A stretch of 64,000 bases of DNA, from assembly GCA_002189035.1 (NCBI GenBank), contig NEEC01000004.1, positions 806,001 through 870,000 of the forward strand. The letters are read 5' to 3'. The position numbers and the translations under genes were made by a program. Positions within the stretch are counted from its first letter, which is position 1. Every line of letters starts with the position of its first letter. The stretch comes from Utricularia gibba. Lineage: Eukaryota > Plantae > Magnoliophyta. Shown here one piece after another: positions 1-12,820 of the stretch. The notes under the pieces were generated by a model that worked only from the letters and a program-made list of their open reading frames with translations, had not been told where the DNA came from and did not search any database.

Positions 1-52
1 TAGCCTTTTTTCGCTTGAATGTATCTTCCTCTCTTGGCAATTAATCTTGCAG

Positions 53-147
53 ATCCATGGTGTTTAGAGATGCTTCCTCCCAAAGCTTTCCTGGAGGAGA
101 ACCCCCTAAATGCAACAAGCTTCTACTGGAGAAATTTGCTTACATAA
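53..147 (+). CDS. Possible terminal coding exon of an unidentified gene entering from the left edge
   Basis: ttgcag acceptor at 51-52, then (D)PWCLEMLPPKAFLEENPLNATSFYWRNLLT-TAA followed by AT-rich DNA. Product not recognised. Confidence 0.3.
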
Positions 148-881
148 TTCATACCGGTGCTTCTGATTCTCTTGTAGACCAAAACAAACTGTTCTGTCCG
201 CGCGACCGAAAAGATTCAAGTATATAGGACTCGGTCCAAATGTTTAGATCGCAAGTAATGAAGATAGATTTTTTGTTTTAATATTTATGTTTCATTGTGA
301 AAACCAGTTTTTATTGTTTTTAATTTTGAAATTATTTTTAAAAGCATATTTATCTACTATGAGATACTGTTTCCTAAGTATTAAATAATTATGAAAAAGG
401 AATGTAATGGCTCATACTTCTTGAGTATGCCAGTATAATATTAAAATATATGAAAATTAATTATTTCTGTTTATTTGAATGTAATAAATAAGACATGGTG
501 ATTGTCATCATCAACACATGTCATTGAACTTAGGAATACTCACATGTCATTAACTGTTTTTTTAAAACAAATTATTAATATGTAGTTAGTATCTAATATT
601 ATAATGTTTTGTTGAGTATAAAATAATATAATATAAATACATGTAATAGATAATCATCACCAGTTAGATATCGAACCCTCACGTTATTTAGCATGAAATT
701 GTATTATTACCAATTTCACACCGGAAAAACAGGCTCTGTTGGCTCTGAATCTCAATTACATGTGGCGGGGATGAAGCCCGCCGTGCCGTGATCACGAGTT
801 CGGCCTTGATCTCAGAGAAGAAAGAACCAATGGATTATTGCCACATCAGACACAAGGAATCCCCAAGGCTGTGTGCGGATC

Positions 882-1633
882 TCACTTGACGGTGGTGAGG
901 CTGAACGCCGCCGCGGCAGTTTTGAGCTCCGCCTGCGCAGTCTGACTCCCAACTGCACCTTCCTCCTCCAAATTGGTGCTACTAACACATCATAAACCCC
1001 AGATTACACCCACCCAGATCGCCATTTTGCTAACAAATTACTGCTGCTACTACTACTCCTACCTGGAAAGACAGGCATCCGCGTCTAAGAGAATCTGGTT
1101 TGCTTCATGATCGAGCTGGGCGGCGTCGTAGGCCTTGAAATTATCATTCTCAGAGGCGGTCGGCATCATCCTCATCATCCTAGGGTCATTAGAATGATCG
1201 ATGTTCATTCCCATCACATCACTACTAAGCTGGGTAATCATTTGGGTGTGTATCATACCATCATCACCAACACCGCGGCTGTTGTTTTTGTAGTACTCCA
1301 GCTGGGCGTAAACGTGTTGCAGCTCAGCTACCGCGCACCACGTGTCCTGCATCAGCTTGTTGATAACGTGTTTGCAACCCAGAACCGGGAACCTCCGGCG
1401 GATCTCCGCCTCGTAGATCATCGACTTTATCGCGTCGTGCTTGTGGTCCTCTCTTGTGAGGCTGTCCAGCGTCTTCGTCACTTTGGAGACGCCGAACAGA
1501 CGGTGGACGTTCTGGAAGTTCTGGAATCAGAGGCTGGGAAATAAGGGGCCAGCGTACAGTCGGGCGTGCATTTTCGGCGCTGATATTTGCAGGCAGCGCA
1601 GGCGGGGGCCGCGCCTCCTTTGTTTACTGTCAT
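882..1633 (-). CDS. LBD27: LOB-domain (LBD) transcription factor, LBD27/SIDECAR POLLEN-like; one -1 frameshift as assembled
   Basis: C-block CAACKYQRRKCTPDC, then LAPYFP and, in another frame, FQNVHRLFG...PVLGC. Exon 1 is 1063-1633 (571 nt; 572 needed), GT-AG intron 982-1062, exon 2 882-981 ends ELKTAAAAFSLTTVK*. Frameshift near 1518-1521. Confidence 0.8.
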
Positions 1634-2880
1634 CGGCGTTTTCGACCAGAAAATCGCGGCGAGCGCATTATATTTTGGGTTTGCTTCTACGAAAAAAGGC
1701 ATACGTGGCATCCGGATAAGGCATCTTGACCAAGTTTTAGTATGATTTTTCCTTTTTTAATAATAAAAAGTTGGACTGTTGCCGAGTCTTCCGTACAACT
1801 ACTATAAAATTTAAATCACTCACCATTTTGTTAAAATTGATTGTTACAACCACCACAAGGTCATTATCTTTTTTTAAAAAAATATTTACAATTATTTCTA
1901 AAATTCCCAAATCCAAAATTAACTCAAAACCCTATATAAATATATTTATTAATTGCATATTTTCTCTGTAGAATTCATATTTCAAGAATGCAAAATATAG
2001 GCCCTCTTCTATAATCAAGTGGAAATAATTTCAAATTATATAAAATAGAATTAGTTTTGAAATTTGTAAATTTTTTTTAAAAAATATAAATTATATTATA
2101 GAGTTAACAAAAAATATTGTAAATTTGATATAAATGTATTTTTTTAAGTAAATAATATATTTTTTCTATTTAATCACTAAAACAAATATTCAGAAATTCA
2201 ATAATTTATGAAGTTAATCAATAAAATATTATATATGCGGAACAAGTTCATAAATTATAGATGATTCAAGATTTAAAAACTACAAGTAAATTATATAGCA
2301 ATATATGTATTTATTTAATAAAAATTTAGTTTTAAATGAATAATTTCTAAATTTAAAATGTTACTATAATAATTATTTAATAAACAAACTTGTTTAAGCA
2401 CCGTTGTACTAGAAAAGAAAAACATGAATATTTTTATTAGAAAAAATTGAAAAGCATAATCGGACAAGAATCATTTACCTGTGCCTTTTTGAGGGAGAAA
2501 AAGGGGTGCTTTTTTGGGGGGAGGATCTAAAGAAGAAAACATTGCAGAGGCAGAGACGGGGCCTTGTGGCTGGAAAGTTCTCTTTTTGCTGCTTACGTGG
2601 CATCCAACGACATCTTTTCGCTCCGCCAGCCACGTTTGTTGTGCTGTCCCTACGGAACATATTTTTACAACATCACCCCGGAGAAGAGCTAAGCTTGGAA
2701 GAAAAGCGCACCCACACCCGTCACTGTGTGTGTCAGATCTGTGCCGTTTATTTTTCTCTCTTCCCGATTACACGGTGGTTGGCTGTTTTCGCTATTTTTC
2801 TGTTGTTCGTTTCGGATTATATGTATGGGAGGGAGCGGTTTAGGGAGGGTTGAGTTGAGTTGAGATAAAGAAAGGGCAGA

Positions 2881-4663
2881 ATGTCAGACCCTAGGATAAA
2901 GCTGTTTGGAAGAACTATTCGGCTTCCGGAGCGGTTTTCCGCCGATTCGGGAATCGATAGTAATCAAAACGGATGTTTCAGTGGGAATCCCCAAACAGGT
3001 GAACTGGTGGAGGTGAGGTTCGATTATGTTTCTCTCTTCACTTGGATTTCGTTCCTGATATGGAAATTGGGTTGATGGGTTTTGGATTTTAGGTTTCCAA
3101 GTTGAGTGAAATGACCCGCGCATACGTACATGTCTTGATTGCTTCTTCTTGTCGTCAGTAGTTCCATGGTTATAATTTGGTAGCTCGGGCATTAAATCTT
3201 AGCTGTTGAGATTGAGTTTCTGCTTTCAACCCCTTCGCTACAGATGCTGTTGTCCTTAGAAAAGCTCAAGTATCCGTCTTTCCAAGGCTTTCATTGGGCA
3301 GAGAAATGCCCTGTTTTTCATATCACTGCTTCTTCGCAACCCGTAAGAGAATGCTATATGTGCCCTTTTAACTGTTTGAGGACTGTGACTGCAGGAACAG
3401 TCTCTCAAGTCACGATGTTTTGAGATGAATGGTCACTCCCAGCCTCTTGCGCAAGTGGATTTGAAAGGTAATAACTTGGAGACGCCATTAACCGAAGACC
3501 TAAGTGGCCCCTTCTCTGGAAACCATCAACCTTCTAAAATTGATGAACAGCAAGAGGTTGGGGTGTCGCAGGAGAAAAGCTTCAAGAAGCCAGAGAGAAT
3601 TCTCCCATGCCCTCGATGCAATAGCATGGATACGAAATTTTGCTATTACAATAATTACAACACCAATCAGCCGAGACATTTCTGCAAAAACTGCCAGAGA
3701 TACTGGACTGCTGGTGGCACCATGAGAAATGTTCCTGTAGGTGCTGGTCGCCGCAAGAACAAGAGTGCAGTTTCCCAGTTTCGTCAAGCCATCCCAGAAG
3801 CTCTTCAGAAAGTGAGGGTAGATCATTCAACTGGACTTAGCCATCCTGGCCTTAAGGCAAATGGCAATGGCCTTAAGTTTATATCAGATGCTCCTCTATG
3901 CGAGTCCCTGGTGTCTTCTCTGAGTATTGGTGACAAGAAAAGCGTAAGCGGTGGTTTCAGTCAAACTGGAGAACAAGAATGTTCTGTTTCTCCTCGGAGT
4001 AAAGAGGGCAGGCATGATCATCCTGTCGAATCGTCCATTGCAATTCTAAAGGGTGTGATCGGAAAAAGGGATTTGCAAGAACAAGTTCCAAGCCATCCTT
4101 TTCCATCACAGGTCGCATGCTTCCCAGGAGCCCCATGGCCTTATCCATGTCATTCCGTTGGGTGGAATTCCCCAGCATCTGCAAATACATTTGCTTTTGC
4201 GGGCTTCCCTATGCCATCATCTTACTCTACCACTCCACAGTTTATGCGGTGCTCGATTCCCAGTTGTTGGACGGGTCCTTGGATCATACCGTCAGCACCC
4301 ATGCCCCCATGCTCTGGGGCTTCATCCCCAACTCTCGGAAAGCATTCAAGAGATGACAGGATAATGAAATCTGCCAACTTCGGAGAGGAAACTCTGAAAG
4401 AAAACACCTCGGAGCAGATATTATGGGTCCCAAAAACATCAAGGATTGATGACCCAGCGCAACTTTCTAAGAATTCCATCTTGTCAAATTTGGGCATTAA
4501 GGACGATGGAGCAGATTCAATAGGTGTAAGCAGCAGCAGCCTTTTCAAATCTTTCAAGGGCCAACCAAAAAACAAGGGAACACAGGACACGAATTCCTCC
4601 GCAGTTTTGCAGGCAAATCCAGCAGCATTGTCGAGGGCATTAAGCTTCCATGAGACCTCATGA
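2881..4663 (+). CDS. CDF: Cycling DOF factor-type Dof zinc-finger transcription factor
   Basis: Exon 1 2881-3012 has the IKLFG motif. Exon 2 3395-4663 has the Dof domain [34 protein letters not shown] and C-terminal ANPAALSR motif. GT-AG phase-0 intron. Confidence 0.92.
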
Positions 4664-5208
4664 AAAGATTCATCTATGCCTCTCCCGACTGCTGGTTGTC
4701 GTCAATCAACTTTCCAGTTTTTATCATCCTCTATCTGGGACTCTCGAAGCAGTTGGTTTCAAGTTGAGGCTGCAATATCTGGATCTCTACCTCATTTTTA
4801 GTTTCCCCACTGCATGTAATCAGTCACAGAGGAGCTCGGTGCATGATAGATGTTATTTAGTATGTGTGGGGTTGGTTTTGTTTGGTGCATATATATATGG
4901 ATAAATGAATATATTGCTAAGCAGTGAGATTTTAGGAGTGTTGAAATAAGTGGGGACTTCTGTCCCTGTTATCTTCCTCTGGCTCTCTGTGCACAACAAC
5001 TAGGTCCTCTTGGGGATCTTGACTTGTTTTACAACACATACCTGTGTAATACATGATAAAGTTCATCAAGGAAAAAAAGCAGACTACAAAACCTAGCTTT
5101 CATCTTGTAGAAGGCGGAGGAGAATGCGAACTTTATTTATCGTTCCTTCCAGTTTTCTAAGGCGAGGCTGCGAGGGAGAGCCTTTCCCATACTCGTTCAT
5201 TGAGTCGA

Positions 5209-8200
5209 ATGCTCATTACCTTCTCTGGAAAGTACCTTCCCAGCCAATTTGGTTTCCGACTCCTGAGTCGATGTTTTTGTTATTCGCGACGGGTTTTTGA
5301 ACGCTCAATTTGTAATGCCGAAGCAGCTCCATCTTCCAAGGCGAATCCCGCTCAAGGTGAAGACTTTGGGTGTATTTCGCTGAAGGATCACCTTTTGAGA
5401 CTCTCTAGTGTATCCCCGGAATCTGTAAGAAAGTTTTATAGAGTTTCTTTGTTGACACCGCAAGATGTTTTCGAAATATTGCATGCTTTCGAATCGATCC
5501 ACGGTGCAAAGGTTGAATCTTTATGGGGAATTTTCAAATTGGCAACTGAAAAAAATCCAGACTTCGAGCATCTTCCTCGTTCATGTAAGATCATGGGTTC
5601 GGTACTTGCGAGGTCGGGGTTTCACCAGGAAGCTGAGATTTTGTTATCAGGGATTGAGAACCAAGGAGTTCTCTTGGATTGTGATGATATTTTCAGTGAC
5701 TTGATTGAAGGGTACCTGAGTGAATTCGAACTAGACAAGGCTGTTTCAGTTTACGAGAAAATGAGACGGATGAAACTAGTGCCACGGATTTCATGCTATT
5801 GGTCTCTTCTCCAGCACTTGGTTGAATTGAATGAAACTCATCTGGCCTATAAGATTTATATGGAGCTAATCCATTTGGACATGGAAATGAGTTTTGAAAC
5901 AAAAGAGAGAGGCATTCACGAGAACGTGGTTGGGCTGCTATGCCTGGGAGGAAAAGTTCAAGAAGCTAGAGATGTTGTCAGAAATGCAATGACATATGGA
6001 CTCAGACCTAGCCATTTAGTTGTTAATTCCGTCACTTCTGGTTATTGTGATAAGAAGGATTACTATGATCTAATAAGTTTTTACGAAGAAGCTATGATTT
6101 CCCCTGATGTCGTACTTGGGAACAAAATCCTCTATTCTTTGTGTCAAAATTTGGGTTCTCATCAGGCAAGCATCTTCTTGGAAAAACTTCAACATCTTGG
6201 GTTTTGTCCTGATGAAACATCTCTCGGGATTTTGGTTAGTTTCAGCTGTCGTGAAGGGAATTTAAGGAGGGCCTTGTTTTATATCTCATGTATTTTGGCA
6301 AGAGGCCTCAATCCCCATCTGCTTTCTTACAATGCACTCTTAAGTGGTATGTTTAAGGAGGGAATGTGGATGCATTCTCAACATGTGCTTGCTGAGATGA
6401 AGGAGACAGGAGTAACTCCAAATATTTCTACATTCATAGTAATGTTAGCTGGTCTGTGTAGGGCTCGCCGTTTCAATGAAATGAAGACAATGGTCCATGA
6501 GATGTCACAGCTTAACTTGATTGAAATATCAACACTTGAAGATCCATTATCCAAAGCATTCATGCTCTTGGGACTCGATCAGAATGTGAAAATAAAAAGG
6601 GACAATGACAAGGCATCTTTCAGAACTGAGTTTTTTGATAGTCTTGGTAACGGTCTTTACTTAGACACTGATCTTGATGAATTTGAAAGAACTATCACTC
6701 AGGTTCTAGATGATGCCATTCTGCCCAAGTTCAAGTCATGTTTTATTGGTGAATGTGATGATCAAGGAATAGATGATGTTCTGGCATACGTGCAAGAAAT
6801 TGTCCAGTGGGGTCAAGAATTGCCTTTGTCTGCTTACTCTTCCTTGTTGAGTTACCTTTGTGGGAGCAAAGCCAGCATCAGTACTGTTGATCATTACTTG
6901 GGGTTCATGTGCAGACCAATTTTTGATCTTGAAGAGAGCATCTTGAATAAACTTGTTCAAAGATATACCAGCGAGGGACTTACTTTTAAGTCAAGGATTC
7001 TTGTCGATGGTATGGTGCATCGGGGTTTCATTGTGGATAATGATACTTTCTCTGTTTTGTTGTTGGGTACATGCGAGAAAGGTGATCTGAAAAGCTTTCA
7101 CTACTACTTGAAGGTTGCACAGAAGTATAACTGGTCACCAGATGTGAAAAATCTGAACACCATTGTCAGTCTTATGTGCCAGAAAAAATGGCTTAAAGAG
7201 GCTTTGGACCTCTTTGGAGGAATGATTTTTGTCAGTCATTGTGATTTAATGGAAAATTTGAGCTCGGAGCTTTCTTGTCAAGGATTCACAAGTACTTCTG
7301 GTCTTTGGATGCAAAAATTCCCATCTGAAGCCGCTGAGATGTATCATGAGGCTTACAACTCTTTTTTGATTGGTTTTTGTCAGGAAAAGAAGTTCAGTTT
7401 TGCTTTCAGAATCCTTGAACACATGCTCTCTCTGGGCCTTTCACCCCATGTCGATGCGGTGACTCAGTTGGTTTATCACTTGTGCAGGACTAAGAACTTC
7501 AAGAAGGCCATTGAACTCAAAAACGTGATCACAAGAGATGAATCTCTTGCATCACTTGATCTGCAGTGTGCTTTGATTAAAGGTTTCTGTAAATATGGGA
7601 ATGCAGAAGAGGCAGCTTGTATGCTTCAGGAGACATTTCTAATGGGCCCATTCCTTGATCATAGTGTATACAATGCCTTGATTGTGGGCTATTCTGGATT
7701 AAATAACTTCCAAAAAGTTAAGGAAACACTTGGATTCATGCTCCGGAAGAATGTCAATATCTTGGTTTCTAGTTATAGCCATCTGGTTCGCCTGATTTGT
7801 GCTCAAGGGAATATTTCTCTTTGCCTCAGACTCAAAGAACTCATTCTTCAAGTGACTAATCTCCCAGAGCTTGCCTTATACAACATAATGATATTTCACA
7901 TTTCATCAACAAGAAACAGGTTTCTACTGGATTCAGTAGTGAACTCATTGCTGAATAAAGGACTACAGTTTGATTCAACCACTTACAATTTTTTGATTCA
8001 CGGATTTGCAAAGTGTGATGATTTGTCAGGTTCTCTTAGATATCTGAGCACCATGTTGAGACATAACCTTTCTCCCAGTAATCGAAGCTTGCGGGTCGTT
8101 ATATCCGGCTTTTGCTGCAATGGAGAGATTGAGTTGGCCTTGAGTTTGAGCCAGGAGATGCAGTCAAGGGGTTGGATCCATGGCTCAGACATTCAGACCA

Positions 8201-8829
8201 GTATCGTGACGGCGGCGCTTAAAAACGGCATGTTTCATGAAGCGATGGAGTTTCTTGCTCGCATGGCTGCGAACCAGCTGACTCCCAGAAACATAAACTA
8301 TGACACTCTGATAAAACAGATGTGCTCCCTTGGTAAACTGGATAAAGCCATTGATCTCCTGGACATCATGCTCAAGAAAGAAAGCTCCCCTGAGTCTACC
8401 AGCTACGATTGCATAATCCAATCCTTGTGCCAAGGCCGTAAGCTGGATATGGCCATGGACTTCCACGCAGAGATGCTCTGTAGGAAGCTGGTACCGAGCA
8501 TGATCACCTGGGAGTCACTGATATGCGCATTGACGGAATCGAACCGGGTGGAGGAAGCCAAGAAGCTTCTCGAATCCATGATTCAGCTCGGCGAAACCCC
8601 TCCACGGCATATCTTCTGCAGAGTGATGAACAAGTACAGGTCCTTGAGCAGCAACAGCACAGCTGCTTCTCAGGTGTTGAAGATGATGCAGCAGGCAGGC
8701 CACACCCCCGATTTCGACACGCATTGGTCCCTTGTAACTAACCTCAGCAGCTCCAGTAAGAAAGCCGACAAGGGTAGCGGTTTTCTATCAAGGCTTGTCT
8801 CAGGGTTCGGCTTCTCCACCAAGAAGTGA
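5209..8829 (+). CDS. Intronless P-class pentatricopeptide repeat protein (~1206 aa), likely organelle-targeted
   Basis: Long ORF with many PPR motifs (e.g. YNALLSGMFKEG, YNFLIHGFAKCD, YDTLIKQMCSLGKLDKA). First ATG at 5209. Resembles Arabidopsis At5g15280 from recall. Confidence 0.92.
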   Translation: MLITFSGKYLPSQFGFRLLSRCFCYSRRVFERSICNAEAAPSSKANPAQGEDFGCISLKDHLLRLSSVSPESVRKFYRVSLLTPQDVFEILHAFESIHGAKVESLWGIFKLATEKNPDFEHLPRSCKIMGSVLARSGFHQEAEILLSGIENQGVLLDCDDIFSDLIEGYLSEFELDKAVSVYEKMRRMKLVPRISCYWSLLQHLVELNETHLAYKIYMELIHLDMEMSFETKERGIHENVVGLLCLGGKVQEARDVVRNAMTYGLRPSHLVVNSVTSGYCDKKDYYDLISFYEEAMISPDVVLGNKILYSLCQNLGSHQASIFLEKLQHLGFCPDETSLGILVSFSCREGNLRRALFYISCILARGLNPHLLSYNALLSGMFKEGMWMHSQHVLAEMKETGVTPNISTFIVMLAGLCRARRFNEMKTMVHEMSQLNLIEISTLEDPLSKAFMLLGLDQNVKIKRDNDKASFRTEFFDSLGNGLYLDTDLDEFERTITQVLDDAILPKFKSCFIGECDDQGIDDVLAYVQEIVQWGQELPLSAYSSLLSYLCGSKASISTVDHYLGFMCRPIFDLEESILNKLVQRYTSEGLTFKSRILVDGMVHRGFIVDNDTFSVLLLGTCEKGDLKSFHYYLKVAQKYNWSPDVKNLNTIVSLMCQKKWLKEALDLFGGMIFVSHCDLMENLSSELSCQGFTSTSGLWMQKFPSEAAEMYHEAYNSFLIGFCQEKKFSFAFRILEHMLSLGLSPHVDAVTQLVYHLCRTKNFKKAIELKNVITRDESLASLDLQCALIKGFCKYGNAEEAACMLQETFLMGPFLDHSVYNALIVGYSGLNNFQKVKETLGFMLRKNVNILVSSYSHLVRLICAQGNISLCLRLKELILQVTNLPELALYNIMIFHISSTRNRFLLDSVVNSLLNKGLQFDSTTYNFLIHGFAKCDDLSGSLRYLSTMLRHNLSPSNRSLRVVISGFCCNGEIELALSLSQEMQSRGWIHGSDIQTSIVTAALKNGMFHEAMEFLARMAANQLTPRNINYDTLIKQMCSLGKLDKAIDLLDIMLKKESSPESTSYDCIIQSLCQGRKLDMAMDFHAEMLCRKLVPSMITWESLICALTESNRVEEAKKLLESMIQLGETPPRHIFCRVMNKYRSLSSNSTAASQVLKMMQQAGHTPDFDTHWSLVTNLSSSSKKADKGSGFLSRLVSGFGFSTKK

Positions 8830-9334
8830 AACAGAGCAGCTGTCTGATAAATTCATTTTTTTTAATATTTATCAATCAAATATATTATTTCTAAAACTCA
8901 CTTATCAAATACAATTTTTAAATGATATTTATCTAATATTATAGTATATTTTATATATAAATTATTATTTGATTAATTAGTATATGTTAGTGTTGTATGG
9001 TCATGTTATTCAAATATTTATTTTTTAAGGTGCTGTACACAAATGAAGAAATGATTAAGTATATCAAATATTAGATATAATTGAGTATATATATTTAATT
9101 ATATTATATTTAAAGATACTAATGATGTTTAAATCATACTATACAGTCAAATGGAGAATGATGATAGTAGTTGACAAATAAGTGGAGATTTTTTTTTTCA
9201 CATTTTATTAATAAATAAATAATAGGACAACCGTTTTTCTGAGATTTGAAAACCGATTGGAGAGGGAAATAGTAAATTAGGGCTTTAGTATCCGCGGGGT
9301 GATTGCTGTGGAGGGAAAAATTATGCGGACGAAA

Positions 9335-12300
9335 ATGGTGAGCAGTTCGAACAGAGTTTCAGCGACTGACGATGGTAATTCCTCCGGGGAAGAGCCGGTA
9401 TCCATGTCTAAGAGTACGTTCTCTGAGGGCGAGAAGGTCCTCGCCTATCATGGACCTCGTATCTATGAAGCCAAGGTATTCTCAAGTTTACACTATCCAC
9501 GCACCCACCCTAGGACTGTATTTATGGTTACCTCAGGTAGTTTTTTTTTTTAAAAAAAAGAAGGATGGAGGTACTAAGTATCGGGTTCTTTATACTCATC
9601 TGCTGACGAATTATTAAACTCACGGATATGGATGCGCTGTTTTAGCAGCGCCTTCCGGCATTCATGGTTTTAACATGCGGGATGTATCTGTTTTTATCGT
9701 AATGATCGTGCAGTAAGAATCAGTTGCCCGTTGTATGTGTTAATATTTAACTTCATTTTGACTTTCTGTGTAAGGTGCAAAAAGCTGAGGTCCGGAAGAA
9801 CGAGTGGAGATATTATGTTCATTATCTTGTGAGTTTGAAATTGCTGTTCTTATTTTCCAATAATTTTAGCAACATAATCACTCTAAACCACTTTGTGGGA
9901 CCTTTTCTAGTTGGCAATGCACCCTATTTTTTTTTTCTCTGTGTTCGAGTATTTTTCTTGCTTTTTCGTGGTGTTCAATCCTCCCTTTTTTTGTTTCTTG
10001 TAGGGTTGGAATAAAAAGTGAGTATACATCTTCGTGTGTCATGTTGGATTAGCTGGCCGATGAGATCAAGCACTTTACTCTTCATCCCCATTGAGCTCTA
10101 CAATTCTTTTAGAGTATTTTATTACAATTTGGATGCCTTCATCACATTCATCTTTGCTGGTATGTCACCGGAATTGCATGTTTTCATGCTGCGCCCTCTA
10201 GTGCAGAATTACTGAGACATAATTTTTGAACTGATTTGCTCTGTTTATCATATTTATTCTGGGGTTGGCCAGATCCGGTTCCCTCACAGACGAAGTTGTG
10301 TTGTGAATGTTGGAGGACCATGGTCATGTTTGTGCTCTTCTTGTTCATTTTGGGTCCTCTTAAATCTGTTCATGGAAAGGATTCTACACTACTTTTCGTC
10401 ATTCCTAGCTCATTTTTTAGTTTTCAGAGCAGTGGATCTTCATCTCTCTCTCTTTTTTTTTTTTAATTGGACGTTCTTGTTTTGTATAGAAAGTAGTCAT
10501 GATATTTCATTTATTCATTTTCTAGAGTTTCTGGATAAGTAATTAGCTGAAAACAAAACATACAATGATGGCCATAGACATATGAAATTGACCTACTGTC
10601 TTGTCAACATAGTTGGGATGAATGGGTAGGCACAGATCGCTTGATGAAACATACCGAGGAGAATATCTTGAAGCAACAGGATCTGGATAAGAAAGCTGGG
10701 GTTGACAAAAACGTTAGGGCTGGACGCTCATCACAAACAAGGGGCAAGAGTTTTGCTGGTATATCTGAACTTGGCCACATTATTATCTATGGATTGTGTT
10801 CAATGTACTGACCAGGTGTCATTTTTATGAATTTCTCCTGTTCTGAAGCTGATAAAGAAGAGACAAAGGGCGTAGGTACAGTTTTTTTATTCCTCTCTTC
10901 ATATGCTCCTTAATTTTTGTAGGTTTTATCCTTTTCTCTCTAATAACGTGAAGTCTGCAGTAGCAAAAGGGAAGAAAAGAAAGCCTGATGTAAGCATTCA
11001 GGTATTTTCTGACAAGGGTTATTTCATTTTTCTTTTTACTGTCTACAGTTTTTTGATACTTTGGTGTTCGTCTTTGTGCTTGGATAGGAGAGCCCAGCAA
11101 CTGAGAAACACATTAAGATTCAAATTCCATCAAATTTGAAAAAGCTTTTGGTTGATGACTGGGAGTTCATTACACAGCAGAACAAGGTAATATGATTTTC
11201 AGCTCGAAAAGTTATCTGCATCACACTCTTTTCCAAATAGCTGAGAAAAATTGGAAAAAATTTCAAGAAATTCATTAGCTTATTTGAAATGAATATAATT
11301 ATATGTTGGACCTAAAGTCATGCCTTGTTTTTACGAATTAATTTTTCCCTTATTGAAATACCTGGATAATTTTAAGTGCATCTAATTATCATTTTAATGT
11401 GTTGAGAGTTGGCGTTGATCTTCATGATGCATCAGCTGTGTGGATAGGGCGATAAATTGTTACTTTAAAGGTCCTAGCATTTTCATGTACTCTGCTGGTG
11501 TGATCGATGGTTTGTTTACATCCTGAATTTCGTCTGACCTACAATGATTTTTTTTTTCCTTCATATCCTTGGTTTCTTGTGTTTGTGTTTGAACCATTGT
11601 AGAGTCCCTTAACTTTTTCTTCATATGCAGCTTGTGAAACTTCCGAGATCTCCAAGTGTTGATGATATATTGACCAAGTATCTGGAATATAGATCAAAAA
11701 AGGACGGCATGTAAGTTTCCAACCCACCCTTCGGATGAAAAAAATTTGCTTCTGTGATTCCTTAAAGCTTGCAAAATTTCAATGGGGTAGCCTTAGTGTG
11801 ATATGTAAAGTCCCATTGGAATACATGCTTTGCCAAAATGTGCTCTGTTAAAAAATATGAGATTTTCTTCATGGAAATAGGGTGACTGATGCAGTTGGGG
11901 AAATTTTAAATGGTTTACGATGTTACTTTGACAAAGCTCTCCCCGCTATACTCTTGTACAAAAAGGAGCGCCAACAATGCCGTGAGGCAATTAAAGGTGA
12001 CATTGCCCCATCAAGCATCTACGGGGCTGAGCATCTGTTACGCCTCTTTGGTATACATCTAGTCTCTTTCTTCCCCTTTAAACCTGGAAACTGATTGTTC
12101 ATGAGATTTGGAACTCCTACTGATGCTCTAAACATGGCAGTAAAATTACCCGACCTGTTGGCTTACGTGAAAGTTGAAGAGGAGACAACAGCTCGGTTGC
12201 AGCAGAAATTGGTCGAATTTCTCAGGTATTTTTGTGCTGGCTTTCCCGACGCATGTATCCATATCCTTTCGCTTACACTGCCTTTGGTTGTCGTGCTGGC

Positions 12301-12387
12301 GCGATGTGCCGTTGCCTCAGGTTTCTTCAGATCAACCAAAGCATTTTCTTTCTCTCGGAATACGATGCCCCTGCAGTTGCCGAATGA
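9335..12387 (+). CDS. MRG1: MORF-related gene protein (chromodomain + MRG domain)
   Basis: 11 exons: 9335-9475, 9775-9828, 10004-10017, 10613-10758, 10849-10875, 10961-11001, 11088-11186, 11631-11710, 11881-12050, 12141-12225, 12321-12387. Motifs EGEKVLAYHGPRIYEAK, HYLGWNKNWDEW, YGAEHLLRLF. All phases consistent. Confidence 0.92.
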
Positions 12388-12820
12388 GGTTGAAATACCA
12401 TGCTGTCTGTATACTAGAAGACTAGCTTCCCCCCCTTGAGCACAGCAAAGAAGGCATTCTATGTATCCTGAGGTTGAAAAATTTTGATGTAGCCGAGGTG
12501 CCCACGGAACCATTTCCTAAACTATTCTTAAGGCAGTCATTTTCAAACACTAATTGATTGTAACTCAGTCAAATGTTCCATTCTGTGTTGTAAAAAAACC
12601 TTAACAAGCGGTGGAAAAAACAGGACAGGCTCATCTCCATGAGAAACAAAGTCGCTTCATTGTGTTGATGATGTTCTAGTCCCTTAACTGCCACGAATAC
12701 AGGATCAAAGCGATGACAACAACCAGACATGGCTCTTTTGTAGAAAGAGCTCCATTCCTTTTTGTGACATAACCAGTGTGCAGTGCCAAAATGGGAATGA
12801 GGTCAACAGGGAGGTAGACC

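Noticed and set aside
1107-1544. 145-aa plus-strand ORF (and similar antisense ORFs over COMT, TBL, ClpB and GRF)
   Set aside because: Antisense shadows of GC-rich coding exons, with no independent motifs.
1720-2460. MITE/Helitron in AT-rich intergenic tracts (also 8830-9230, 32880-33500, 38100-38500)
   Set aside because: No clear terminal inverted repeats, target-site duplications or Helitron hairpin-CTRR ends could be identified by eye.
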